64,000 nucleotides of DNA from IMG/VR virus record IMGVR_UViG_3300021963_000032. One strand, given 5' to 3'. Each line of letters starts with the position of its first letter. The stretch's first letter is position 1. The translations under genes and the position numbers were made by a program. Positions 39,330 to 48,833 of this stretch are shown here, one piece after another. The notes below the pieces were generated by a model. It saw nothing but the letters and a program-made list of their open reading frames with translations. It made no database searches and was not told where the DNA came from. Source of the DNA: a virus (lineage: Duplodnaviria; Heunggongvirae; Uroviricota; Caudoviricetes).

Positions 39330-39829
39330 GTAAATTATTTGTTACGACAGGAAACAAACGTACTAACTACAAAGAAGGTGATGTTTGGACAGAGAATGGA
39401 AAAGAGTGGACTATTAGAAATGGTCTAAAGCGAACAGTCTCGAAAATGGATGCAGCTAGAAAGCAGGTTTTTACACCACTAGCTTGCCCAGTGTGTAAAG
39501 GTTCAATGAAACATCATTTAGACGCAAAGATGTGGAACTTTAACCAAAGATGTTACTCGTGTACTATCGATATGGAGCATGAGATCCTGAAAGCAGGAAA
39601 ATGGGAAGAATACCAGAGAGGGAGAATTACAGCAAACGCAAATGCATTTTGCGAAGACATGGAAACAACTCTAAACGAGTTCATTCAAGACTCTGTAACA
39701 AAGACAAACGTTACTGAGGATGGATTGATTGAGAACTGGAAAGACGCAGATCAAGGTTTTTTAAAGTCAGTTGTAGATAAGGAGGTTAGTGAGTTAAAGG
39801 ATAAGATTGAAAAATATAAGAACGAATGA
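39326..39829 (+). CDS. Hypothetical Zn-finger protein
   Basis: CPVC...CYSC. Confidence 0.6.
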   Translation: MSKLFVTTGNKRTNYKEGDVWTENGKEWTIRNGLKRTVSKMDAARKQVFTPLACPVCKGSMKHHLDAKMWNFNQRCYSCTIDMEHEILKAGKWEEYQRGRITANANAFCEDMETTLNEFIQDSVTKTNVTEDGLIENWKDADQGFLKSVVDKEVSELKDKIEKYKNE

Positions 39830-40431
39830 GTGCATCAATAATTACAGCTTTTATAACGGGAGTACTAGGTCCAATACTTTTGTTAGTGTTAAAACATTAC
39901 TACGAGAAAGGAAAAGCAAAGCCAGACATGGTAGCTGAAGCTTTGGAGACTAGCGAAAGAGTTATGACAAAGTTGGAACATATTAGAGATGAGTTTAATG
40001 CGGATCGAGTTTGGATTACACAGTTTCACAATGGTGGACATTTCTACCCAACTGGCAAGTCAATTGCTAAGTTTAGCATGGTATACGAGTCTATTGGGTT
40101 AGGAGCTGTATCAATACAATCAAACTTCCACAACATTCCAGTAAGTTTATTCAGTAAGTCAACTAATCATCTATTAGAAAACGATGTTATAGAGATTGCT
40201 GATTATAAAGATGAAACAATAGCAACACACGGATTAAAGTATATTGCAGAAGAGGGTGGTTGCAAGTCAGGATATCTTTTTGCAATCAAAACTATTGACG
40301 ATAAGTTTATTGGTACAATGGGAGTGGATTATACAAGAAGAAAAACTAGATTGGACATAGAATCAATAAACCACCTAATGGTACATGCAACAGCTATTGG
40401 TGGAGTATTGCATAACCATTTGCAGAAGTAA
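39826..40431 (+). CDS. Single-TM GAF-like domain protein (T4 holin T-like architecture)
   Basis: TM segment IITAFITGVLGPILLLVL; GAF-like ADRVWITQFHNG...GYLFAIKTIDDKFIGTMGVDY. Confidence 0.5.
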   Translation: MSASIITAFITGVLGPILLLVLKHYYEKGKAKPDMVAEALETSERVMTKLEHIRDEFNADRVWITQFHNGGHFYPTGKSIAKFSMVYESIGLGAVSIQSNFHNIPVSLFSKSTNHLLENDVIEIADYKDETIATHGLKYIAEEGGCKSGYLFAIKTIDDKFIGTMGVDYTRRKTRLDIESINHLMVHATAIGGVLHNHLQK

Positions 40432-41012
40432 TGCCATATACAGCGAGAAAAGTAGGAGATCAATACTGCGTCTATAAGAAAGACGGAGGTGGTAAGGTTG
40501 GATGTACTGACGGAAACAAAGAAGCTTTACATAAGTACCTTGCTGCTCTACACTTAAACGCTAACGAAGCTATAAACGAAGAGTCAGAAGGTTTATGGGC
40601 AAATATTAGAGCAAAGAGAGCTCGAGGAGAGGAACCAGCACGTAAAGGTTCTGAAGCTTACAAAAGTGCAGTTGCAGCTGCAAAAAAGATTAATGCACAA
40701 GAGATTACTATATGTGATGGCTGTGCGTTAGCTTTATTGGAGGCTATTCAAGCAACAAAACAAGAATTAACAGAAGGAGAATACCAAGGCCGTACAGTTA
40801 AGCTAGGCAAACCTATGAGGGGTGATGTTAAGAAGTTTAAGGTGTATGTTAAGAATCCAAAAGGAAACGTAGTTAAGGTTAACTTTGGACAAAAGGGAAT
40901 GAGTATAAAAAAGAGTGACCCCGCAAGAAGAAGGTCATTTAGAGCTAGACATAACTGTGATAGTCCAGGACCAAGAGACAAAGCTCGATACTGGTCTTGT
41001 AGAAATTGGTAA
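40431..41012 (+). CDS. Modular small basic protein (three or four short modules separated by xNE/LTE sites)
   Basis: Modules MPYTARK...LAALH, GLWANIRAKRARG and YQGRTVKL...RARHNC...YWSC. Confidence 0.6.
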   Translation: MPYTARKVGDQYCVYKKDGGGKVGCTDGNKEALHKYLAALHLNANEAINEESEGLWANIRAKRARGEEPARKGSEAYKSAVAAAKKINAQEITICDGCALALLEAIQATKQELTEGEYQGRTVKLGKPMRGDVKKFKVYVKNPKGNVVKVNFGQKGMSIKKSDPARRRSFRARHNCDSPGPRDKARYWSCRNW

Positions 41013-41014
41013 GT

Positions 41015-42067
41015 ATGAAGTTAAAGAAAATTTTAAGCGAAATAGAAGTTCTTGGTCAGGAGAAGGTAATACCTCTTGATGCACTTTCTGTGGATGCGGC
41101 TAGAGACACTATCCGTAACGGAAGAAAGGATAAAAACCAAGTAGACGATGTTGCAATGTCTAAAAAAGCAGCAATAGCTGTTAAGGATTTGAAACCTGCT
41201 CAAACAGAGATAATCAAAGAAAAGGCATTTGGAATGGCTATTGCAATGTTGACTAAGGGTAAGTGGGACAACCAGGACCTAGAAGCAATTATATCAAAAG
41301 ACAATTTTATCATGGACGGTCATCATCGATGGGCAGCTGTGTCATTAATTGATCCAAGTGCAAAGATCGTAGGAACTGTCATTAACTTACCAGGAGTAGC
41401 ACTTGTGTCGGTACTCAACGTTGCAACAAAAGCAATGGGTAAGAGTGGTAATCCTGGTAAAGGAGATGTAGCTTCGTTTACTGGAGCTAACTTTGAACCA
41501 CTGATAACAGACGCAATGCAAAACGGTCTCAAAGGAGACTTCCCAATTGACGCTAAAACAATTACACGAGCTATAGCAAAGATGCCAGGAGCTAATGGTG
41601 ATGCTGAAAAGGGAAAGCAAATAATGGTAGCTAATGCAGATACGCTACCAAAACAGATTATGCCAGGAGCACCAGAAAGAGTCAACATGCCAGTGATATC
41701 TCCTGACGAAGTTCAAAAAGTAGCAAGAGCAATAAGCCAAGGTATTATTGACTTCACAAAACCATACGCACCAGGAACAAAACTACAACAAGATAAAAAT
41801 ATGAACGAACTTAGATTAACATCAGCAGGTGTGAAGGACATCTTAAAGGCAATTTTCAACAGAATTGACTTGCTTCCAAAACTAGGATTTCGTAAATTCA
41901 AAGATGTAATTGAATATCTTAAAGATGCAGATCTTGAGGAACAAGATGCACTAGAAGCTGAACTAAAGCGCCTAGGCGTAAACGTTGTTTACGAATCAAA
42001 AGAATCTCAACTAAGAAAGCTTGTACGAGAAGAAGTACGTCGTGCAATCAAAAGCAAAAAGAAGTGA
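41015..42067 (+). CDS. ParB/Srx-like domain protein
   Basis: LKPAQTE...ISKDNFIMDGHHRWAA. Start reassigned to ATG 41015 (MKLKKILSE). Confidence 0.75.
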   Translation: MKLKKILSEIEVLGQEKVIPLDALSVDAARDTIRNGRKDKNQVDDVAMSKKAAIAVKDLKPAQTEIIKEKAFGMAIAMLTKGKWDNQDLEAIISKDNFIMDGHHRWAAVSLIDPSAKIVGTVINLPGVALVSVLNVATKAMGKSGNPGKGDVASFTGANFEPLITDAMQNGLKGDFPIDAKTITRAIAKMPGANGDAEKGKQIMVANADTLPKQIMPGAPERVNMPVISPDEVQKVARAISQGIIDFTKPYAPGTKLQQDKNMNELRLTSAGVKDILKAIFNRIDLLPKLGFRKFKDVIEYLKDADLEEQDALEAELKRLGVNVVYESKESQLRKLVREEVRRAIKSKKK

Positions 42068-42759
42068 AACTAAAAAAGGCTTTAACGGAGGTACTCCTTA
42101 AACGTTTTTGTGAGGAGCTCGAGGTCGCAGTGCAACCAAAAGCAGCGACTGGTAAACTAGCGAGCCTATTGCAAGAATCTCAAAAGCTGATTTTTGAGCC
42201 TTTTGGATTGGAGCAAAATAAACAAGAATACTTTATAGCAGGATCTGCTAGATTATACTTATACCCAGAATTACAAGAATTACTTAAACTAAAACCAATT
42301 GGTGACTTGGATATTATAATTCCAAACAAACAGCATTGGCAAACTTTAAACACGTTTTTGCAAAGTAATCCTAACCCAAGAGTTAAACAAGCAGACGTAA
42401 ACGCTGGTCGATATATACCACACGATTTCATCGAAGCATTTGATCAATGGCTACCTAAGTATGATGAGGAGTCTGCAAAAGACTTCTCTGTTAGATCGAC
42501 AGCTGAGATTCTCAAAAACTCAAAGCTAATAGATGGGTACTACTACATGAGCTTATACGATATCATGGATTACAAACTCAACCTCAACAGAGATAAAGAG
42601 AAACAACTAACAACACTATTGATCAACTACCAGCGTGCAAAGACTGAATCTGAAAAACAAGAGATAAAGAACTTTGTACTGACGCTTTTTTCTGGAGATG
42701 AGAGTGAGGCTAGTGACTTTCTTGCACCAGCATTAACGCAGTTGGCTAAGAAAAATTAG
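42064..42759 (+). CDS. Pol-beta superfamily nucleotidyltransferase
   Basis: YFIAGS...IGDLDIII (G-S ... D-x-D); N-terminus MKLKKALTE. Confidence 0.7.
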   Translation: MKLKKALTEVLLKRFCEELEVAVQPKAATGKLASLLQESQKLIFEPFGLEQNKQEYFIAGSARLYLYPELQELLKLKPIGDLDIIIPNKQHWQTLNTFLQSNPNPRVKQADVNAGRYIPHDFIEAFDQWLPKYDEESAKDFSVRSTAEILKNSKLIDGYYYMSLYDIMDYKLNLNRDKEKQLTTLLINYQRAKTESEKQEIKNFVLTLFSGDESEASDFLAPALTQLAKKN

Positions 42760-42789
42760 TATTAATCAAAAAGCATAACATGGACGATA

Positions 42790-43008
42790 GTGAGCAGAGC
42801 GAAAAAGACACAGAAGGAGATCCTAGCAACGCGGGCACTAATGGTCGCACTCTTCTTCAATCCATTCGGATTCGATATAATTCAATACTGGCTGATATTG
42901 CTGACCGGGAGTTTGTGGAGAGCGAACTTCGTTATGTACTGTATAGCGGGATTGTTCTTTGGCTTATCCATCTTACTACGGTGGCAATCTAAAAAAGATA
43001 ACCAGTAA
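42790..43008 (+). CDS. Small two-TM membrane protein (holin/antiholin candidate)
   Basis: Two hydrophobic segments with basic termini; GTG start. Confidence 0.45.
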   Translation: MSRAKKTQKEILATRALMVALFFNPFGFDIIQYWLILLTGSLWRANFVMYCIAGLFFGLSILLRWQSKKDNQ

Positions 43009-43022
43009 GTTAAAACACATAC

Positions 43023-43030
43023 TATTTATA
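43023..43030 (+). promoter_or_regulatory. Putative late promoter TATTTATA
   Basis: 13 nt before ATG 43044. Confidence 0.65.
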
Positions 43031-43043
43031 TATAAAGCAAGGC

Positions 43044-43445
43044 ATGAAATTAATAAACCTTATACCACTAAGAGAAACAGAAGAATCAACACCAGAGTTG
43101 ATTGCAACTCCCTACTTCCGTGAGTTTCAAACGAAACATGGATACAAACCTTTGTTTAAGTATGTAGGAGTAAAAAACCAAGAGCATATCTTCTTGGCTG
43201 ATTTGGAAGACTTAGGTGCTATGGATCTTATAGTAGCAAAAGCACAGATCATGGCGAAGGTGACTGAAAAAGAGGCAGCGTTTGGTATAATCTGTACACT
43301 TACGGGTTTGAATCAATTTGACGCATCCATTTGTGTAATGAAACAAAAAGACAATGTAATCGAGGTTATACCTTATGATTCCAAAGATAAAAAGAATTTT
43401 GATGCTAAAGCGCTTAAGTTTGCATCTATAATAGAACAAGACTAG
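43044..43445 (+). CDS. Hypothetical protein with a possible capsid-targeting N-terminus
   Basis: MKLINLIPLRE|TEE. Confidence 0.6.
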   Translation: MKLINLIPLRETEESTPELIATPYFREFQTKHGYKPLFKYVGVKNQEHIFLADLEDLGAMDLIVAKAQIMAKVTEKEAAFGIICTLTGLNQFDASICVMKQKDNVIEVIPYDSKDKKNFDAKALKFASIIEQD

Positions 43446-43446
43446 T

Positions 43447-43815
43447 ATGAACAAGGACCTAGAAAAATTATTATCGTATTTATTGCATTCGAGAAATCAA
43501 GTACACGTATTTCACTTACAAACAAAGTCGTTCTCTGAACACACAGCTTTAGGAGGATACTACGATAGTATTGGAGGTTTGTTTGATGGTATAGTAGAAT
43601 CTTACCAAGGTAAGTATGACATCGTCACTAACTATGAGAACTTTGGATTAGAATCTTATAAAAGCAACGAGTCAACTATAGCATACTTAAAGGCGTTAGC
43701 TAAAAAAGTAGAAGACACATTCAGTAAAGTAGAAGATACTTACATCCAAAACCAATTAGATGGTGTAACTGAGTTACTATACTCAACAATATATAAACTA
43801 AGATTCCTAAAATAA
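43447..43815 (+). CDS. Ferritin/Dps-like four-helix protein (DUF5856-like)
   Basis: QVHVFHLQTKSFSEHTALGGYYD...DGIVESYQG...ELLYSTIYKLRFL. Confidence 0.7.
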   Translation: MNKDLEKLLSYLLHSRNQVHVFHLQTKSFSEHTALGGYYDSIGGLFDGIVESYQGKYDIVTNYENFGLESYKSNESTIAYLKALAKKVEDTFSKVEDTYIQNQLDGVTELLYSTIYKLRFLK

Positions 43816-44228
43816 TGACAAAGAAACCGGTAAAGTTAACTAAAGAAAGAGCATTGCGTGAAGCAATCCGTCGCTTAGCATTAAAAGTGCTTCGTGAAGA
43901 GGAGGAAAAGACAGCAGAAGAAACTCCGGAAGAAGAAACTCCGGAAGCTGATCCAACAACAGCAACTACAGCACCAACAGCTGATCCTGCAGCCAAAGAA
44001 GAACCACAAGAAGAGCCAGCTCCTGAGGAAGCACCCGAGGAGGAAGGTCTAGGTGGAGACTTCCAAACAGCAGTAGATATGTTTGCTCGTAAGATTAGCC
44101 TATCTCAAGACACTCCAACAAACGACGACTTAGTAGATATGTTATCTCAAGTTGCAGAGAAGTTTACAACAACTAGCGAGGAGAGATTAAACTTATTAAA
44201 AGGAATCCGTAATAACATTGTACACTAA
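43815..44228 (+). CDS. Acidic hypothetical protein, possibly a prohead core component
   Basis: LREAIRRLALKVLREEE followed by a Pro/Glu-rich linker. Confidence 0.55.
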   Translation: MTKKPVKLTKERALREAIRRLALKVLREEEEKTAEETPEEETPEADPTTATTAPTADPAAKEEPQEEPAPEEAPEEEGLGGDFQTAVDMFARKISLSQDTPTNDDLVDMLSQVAEKFTTTSEERLNLLKGIRNNIVH

Positions 44229-44626
44229 TGAACACAGCGCGCATTGAAAGAAGACTTAAAGAAGACACTGCATACCAGGAGTTCTTCCAAAAAGCAATGA
44301 AAAAGTTTGACATTTCATCTCCAACCGATCTCAAAGATGTAGAGAAGAAAAAGAACTTCTTTAACTACGTTGATAAAAACTACTCAGCTAAAAGTGAAGG
44401 CAAACTAAGTGAAGCTTACTTTCCAGCTCATGGGAGTGATGGTCAGGACCTTAGGTTAGCTAAGCAGGGATTAGCTAATTGGTTTAAGAACAGCATCGAG
44501 ATGGGTATGCAAAACAAACCCCTAGGTCGTAAGACATTTGATATTCTAAATGACCTTATCGAAGAATACGCAGCAGCAAGTGCAGAAGAGTATAAAGAAG
44601 AGTGGTCCAAAGAAGTAGGATTGTAA
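44228..44626 (+). CDS. Putative prohead core/internal protein
   Basis: LKE|DTAYQEFFQKAMKKF...KKNFFNYVDKNY...LSE|. Confidence 0.5.
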   Translation: MNTARIERRLKEDTAYQEFFQKAMKKFDISSPTDLKDVEKKKNFFNYVDKNYSAKSEGKLSEAYFPAHGSDGQDLRLAKQGLANWFKNSIEMGMQNKPLGRKTFDILNDLIEEYAAASAEEYKEEWSKEVGL

Positions 44627-44627
44627 G

Positions 44628-44975
44628 ATGAAAATAGTAGTTACAAAAACCAACCTTATACTAGCTGCAGTAATTTTGTTACTGCTTGGTTACATATTGA
44701 TCACTAGAAAGCCGAATAGCGCTGCAAGTGATCTAAAATACAAAACTGAAATTGACAGCTTAAACCAGGCAATATCTAAATACCAGCAGCACCAAATTGT
44801 TTTGGATGAAAAAATCACTAACAAAGAGTTAGTTATTGAAAAACTAGATCACGAGATTGATTCAACAAAACAAGCAATTATTCAAGAAAGAAAATACTAT
44901 GGTGAAAAAATTAAAAATGCTGGCCGTTATACTCCTACTGAGCTTAACAGCTTTTTCTCAGAACGCTACAACTAA
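44628..44975 (+). CDS. Membrane-anchored coiled-coil protein (i-spanin-like)
   Basis: N-terminal TM LILAAVILLLLGYILI followed by a coiled coil; overlaps the next gene. Confidence 0.5.
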   Translation: MKIVVTKTNLILAAVILLLLGYILITRKPNSAASDLKYKTEIDSLNQAISKYQQHQIVLDEKITNKELVIEKLDHEIDSTKQAIIQERKYYGEKIKNAGRYTPTELNSFFSERYN

Positions 44976-45336
44976 AGAACCTTTAGTCTGCATACCACAA
45001 TCAACAGCACAAAAGATAGCAGTCGATCTTATAAGATTAGACTCAACTACCGTTGAACTTAAAAGTACACAAACCTTACTTCAGAAGACAGAACAAAAGG
45101 TTTTGGAGCAAGATAGTTTGATAGCAATTTATAAGGAAAAGGTTTCAACCTACGAAAAGGAAGTCGCTACCCAAAACGAAAGATTTAATACTTGCTCAAG
45201 TCGAGTGACTAAGTTGGAGGGTGATGTTGCTGATCTAGCTAAGAAGAACAAAAACCTCAAAAAATGGTTAACTGGAATCGGTGGAGGTTTTGTTGCTAGT
45301 GTGGGTATATTAATAACCATGTTTACGATAAAATAA
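44899..45336 (+). CDS. Signal-peptide, coiled-coil, C-terminal-TM protein (spanin-like partner)
   Basis: Start reassigned to ATG 44899: MVKKLKMLAVILLLSLTAFSQ; C-terminal GIGGGFVASVGILITMF. Confidence 0.5.
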   Translation: MVKKLKMLAVILLLSLTAFSQNATTKEPLVCIPQSTAQKIAVDLIRLDSTTVELKSTQTLLQKTEQKVLEQDSLIAIYKEKVSTYEKEVATQNERFNTCSSRVTKLEGDVADLAKKNKNLKKWLTGIGGGFVASVGILITMFTIK

Positions 45337-45337
45337 T

Positions 45338-46915
45338 ATGTCAGATCAACAGAAGACATTAAAAGACATTATAAAGGACGAGTACATAAAGTGTGCTCGT
45401 TCTGCGTCTTACTTCATGAAAAAGTACTGTGTGATTCAGCACCCTACTAGAGGTAAGATTCCATTTCATTTGTATCCGTATCAGGAAGATGCACTACAAG
45501 ATTTCCAGGAGAATGATAGAACAATTATTCTAAAATCAAGACAGCTAGGTATATCAACACTTATTGCTGGTTATGCACTTTGGATGATCTTATTCCAAAA
45601 TGATAAAAACGTACTAGTTGTTGCGATTGACCAAAACACATCCAAAAACCTTGTAACAAAGGTGCGAGTGATGTTTGACAACTTACCGAGTTGGATGAAG
45701 TTGAAAGCGGTAGAGAGTAACAAACTATCGATGAGACTTTCAAACGGGTCTCAAATTAAAGCCGTATCAAGCACTGGAACATCTGGACGTTCAGAAGCCT
45801 TATCTTTGGTAATTATTGATGAGGCAGCTTTCGTTGATGGAGCAGAAGAGTTATGGGCATCGCTACAACAAACACTATCAACGGGTGGGGAGGGTATTCT
45901 ACTTTCAACACCAAATGGTACTGGTAACTTCTTCCACAAGATGTGGGCAAAAGCAGAAGCAGGTGAGAATAAATTTAAGACATTAAGACTTCCATGGACA
46001 GTCCATCCAGAAAGAGATCAAGTTTGGAGAGATAGACAAGAAGCTGAGCTAGGAGCTCGATTAGCAGCTCAAGAGTGTGACTGTGACTTTAGTACATCTG
46101 GTAACACAGTTGTATCGCCAGAATTGATAACATACTACATGCAGACCTTTGCTCAAGAGCCAATTGAAAAAAGAGGGTTTGATGGAAACCTATGGATATG
46201 GGAACAACCGAACTATAACAGAAACTACTTGATAGCGGCCGACGTTGCACGTGGAGATGGAAGTGACTATTCAGCATTTCACGTTATAGATGTAGAAAGT
46301 GCTACACAAGTCGCTGAGTATAAGGGTCAACTTTCTACTAAGGATTTTGGTAACCTCTTAGTGGCTGTTGGTACAGAATACAATGACGCATTGCTAGTAG
46401 TAGAGAATGCGAACGTGGGATGGGCAACACTTCAGCAAATTATTGAACGTGGTTATAAAAACCTATACTACACACCTAAGGATAGTGGACTAGATTCAGA
46501 TAAGTTCCTATCTCGAGGATATGACCTAACAGACAAGACTGATATGGTAGCTGGGTTTACAAACTCACACAAAGTAAGACCACTTACGATCAGTAAGATG
46601 GAGTTGTATATACGAGAAAAAAGCTGTATAATAAGGAGTAAGCGATTGCTAGATGAGCTGTTTGTTTTTATCTATAGAAACGGAAGACCAGAAGCAGCAG
46701 GAGGTTATCATGATGATTTAGTAATGAGTTTTTGTCAAGGGTTGTGGGTAAGAGACACTGCATTGAGATTAAGACAAGCGGGTATAGATTTAAGCAGACA
46801 AGCCGTAAGTCACATAAAATCAACAGTATCAATCTACAAACCGAGTAATACTAAATCCGGTTGGAATATGAAAACACCGGATGGTAAAGATGAGGACCTT
46901 AACTGGTTAATGTGA
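45338..46915 (+). CDS. terL: Terminase large subunit, gp17-like
   Basis: LKSRQLGIST, LVIIDEAAF, STPNG, AADVARG, HDDLVMS. Confidence 0.95.
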   Translation: MSDQQKTLKDIIKDEYIKCARSASYFMKKYCVIQHPTRGKIPFHLYPYQEDALQDFQENDRTIILKSRQLGISTLIAGYALWMILFQNDKNVLVVAIDQNTSKNLVTKVRVMFDNLPSWMKLKAVESNKLSMRLSNGSQIKAVSSTGTSGRSEALSLVIIDEAAFVDGAEELWASLQQTLSTGGEGILLSTPNGTGNFFHKMWAKAEAGENKFKTLRLPWTVHPERDQVWRDRQEAELGARLAAQECDCDFSTSGNTVVSPELITYYMQTFAQEPIEKRGFDGNLWIWEQPNYNRNYLIAADVARGDGSDYSAFHVIDVESATQVAEYKGQLSTKDFGNLLVAVGTEYNDALLVVENANVGWATLQQIIERGYKNLYYTPKDSGLDSDKFLSRGYDLTDKTDMVAGFTNSHKVRPLTISKMELYIREKSCIIRSKRLLDELFVFIYRNGRPEAAGGYHDDLVMSFCQGLWVRDTALRLRQAGIDLSRQAVSHIKSTVSIYKPSNTKSGWNMKTPDGKDEDLNWLM

Positions 46916-46916
46916 C

Positions 46917-46924
46917 TATTTATA
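46917..46924 (+). promoter_or_regulatory. Putative late promoter TATTTATA
   Basis: 15 nt before the portal ATG 46940. Confidence 0.65.
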
Positions 46925-46939
46925 TAAAACTATACATTA

Positions 46940-48808
46940 ATGGCTGAAAACCAACAACCAGTATCACTTTTTGCCTCACTAAGACGTTTGTTCAGTACAG
47001 ACGTTATTATACGTAACGTAGGAGGTAATCAATTAAAAGTGATTGATACCAACAAGATTCAGTCTGACGGTAATATTAAAACCAACAGACGAGTTGATAG
47101 GTATTCGAGATTATTCTCAGTAATGCCAGGTGGAATGTCTATGCACGCAGGTCAATTGCAGCTATACACTCGATTAGAGTTATTCCGCGATTACGAAGCA
47201 ATGGACACGGATAGTATTATTTCATCAGCATTAGACATTTATGCAGATGAGTGTACTGCAAAAAACGAATTTGGAGATGTTCTATCAATCCAATCACCTA
47301 ACGAAAAGGTACAAAAAGTACTTCACAACCTATTTTACGACGTATTGAATATAGAGTTCAATTTGTGGCCGTGGATTAGAAACACCGTCAAGTATGGTGA
47401 CTTCTTTTTGAAACTAGACATCGCAGAAAAATATGGTGTAATCAATGTGGACCCAATCTCAGCTTACGAAATGATTCGTGAAGAGGGAATGGATCCAGAA
47501 AAGCCAAATGAGATTAAATTCAAAAGAGACTTTACAGCTCTTTCATCAGCTTATTCTGTTTCATCCAATAAAGATGCAGAAGAGTTTGATAACTACGAGG
47601 TAGCTCACTTTAGATTACTTACAGATACCAACTTCCTACCTTACGGACGTTCATTAATTGAACCTACTAGAAAGGTGTGGAAGCAGATCACTCTTATGGA
47701 AGATGCGATGTTAATTCACCGTATCATGAGAGCTCCAGATAAACGTGTATTCAAAATTGATATTGGTAACATTCCTGCAAACGAAGTTGAGGCATTCATG
47801 GAAGGTATGGTTAACAAGATGAAGAAAGTACCGTACATCGATGAACAAACTGGAGAATACAACTTAAAGTATAACATGCAAAACTTACTTGAAGATTTCT
47901 ATCTTCCAGTTCGTGGATCGGAGAGTGGGACTTCAATTGAATCACTACCAGGAGTTAACTATGATTCTATTCAAGATATTGACTATCTAAAAAATAGAAT
48001 GTTAGGATCTTTGAAAATTCCTAAAGCTTATTTAGGATACGAAGAAGATACGACTGGTAAAGCGACTCTAGCTTCTCAGGACTTCCGTTTTGCTAGAACA
48101 ATCGAACGTATACAAAAGATTATAGCTTCTGAGTTAACTAAGATTGCAGTTGTGCATTTATATGCACAAGGGTTTACTGACGATGAGTTAGTAGACTTCT
48201 CAATCAGCTTGACAGCACCGTCATCTGTATATGAAAAAGAAAAAGTAGAGTTGTGGACTAGTAAGGTAACACTTGCTGGTGATATGATAGAAAAGAAATT
48301 ATTTAGCCGTTACTGGGTGTACGAAAATCTATTCAACCTAAGTGAGGCAGAATTCTTGCATGAGCAAGATAGGATTATCGAAGATACAAAAGCACAATTT
48401 AGAATCGAGCAGATTAAGACTGAAGGAAACGATCCAATTAAAACTGGTCAATCATTCGGAACACCTCACGATTTGGCAACTCTTTATAAAGGTAATGGAG
48501 GTGTTCCAAAAGGGTATGACGCAGACAAGAAGGCACCTAAAGGTGGCTGGCCTGGAGCAGGACGTCCTGAGGAGCCTGGAAGTTATCGAACACACGAACA
48601 TCCACTTGGTTGGGATCCATTAGGAAACAAGACTATAATGAACGTGTCAGAGACGAAGTCAAACAAAAGACAGTCAATCGAAGCATACAGAAGTATGTTA
48701 AACTCGATTCCTTCTAAGAAAAGAGCACTGACTGAGACTTTTAACGATGAAAATGAGCAAGATAGCTCAAATTTATTAAACGAAGATAACATCTTACAAG
48801 AGGAATAA
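46940..48808 (+). CDS. Portal protein, gp20-like
   Basis: RDYEAMD, EDAMLIHRIMRAPDKRVFKIDIGN, EDFYLPVRG, SLKIPKAYL. Confidence 0.95.
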   Translation: MAENQQPVSLFASLRRLFSTDVIIRNVGGNQLKVIDTNKIQSDGNIKTNRRVDRYSRLFSVMPGGMSMHAGQLQLYTRLELFRDYEAMDTDSIISSALDIYADECTAKNEFGDVLSIQSPNEKVQKVLHNLFYDVLNIEFNLWPWIRNTVKYGDFFLKLDIAEKYGVINVDPISAYEMIREEGMDPEKPNEIKFKRDFTALSSAYSVSSNKDAEEFDNYEVAHFRLLTDTNFLPYGRSLIEPTRKVWKQITLMEDAMLIHRIMRAPDKRVFKIDIGNIPANEVEAFMEGMVNKMKKVPYIDEQTGEYNLKYNMQNLLEDFYLPVRGSESGTSIESLPGVNYDSIQDIDYLKNRMLGSLKIPKAYLGYEEDTTGKATLASQDFRFARTIERIQKIIASELTKIAVVHLYAQGFTDDELVDFSISLTAPSSVYEKEKVELWTSKVTLAGDMIEKKLFSRYWVYENLFNLSEAEFLHEQDRIIEDTKAQFRIEQIKTEGNDPIKTGQSFGTPHDLATLYKGNGGVPKGYDADKKAPKGGWPGAGRPEEPGSYRTHEHPLGWDPLGNKTIMNVSETKSNKRQSIEAYRSMLNSIPSKKRALTETFNDENEQDSSNLLNEDNILQEE

Positions 48809-48820
48809 ATCATAAGTGCA

Positions 48821-48828
48821 TATTTATA
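48821..48828 (+). promoter_or_regulatory. Putative late promoter TATTTATA
   Basis: 5 nt before ATG 48834. Confidence 0.65.
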
Positions 48829-48833
48829 TTTAG

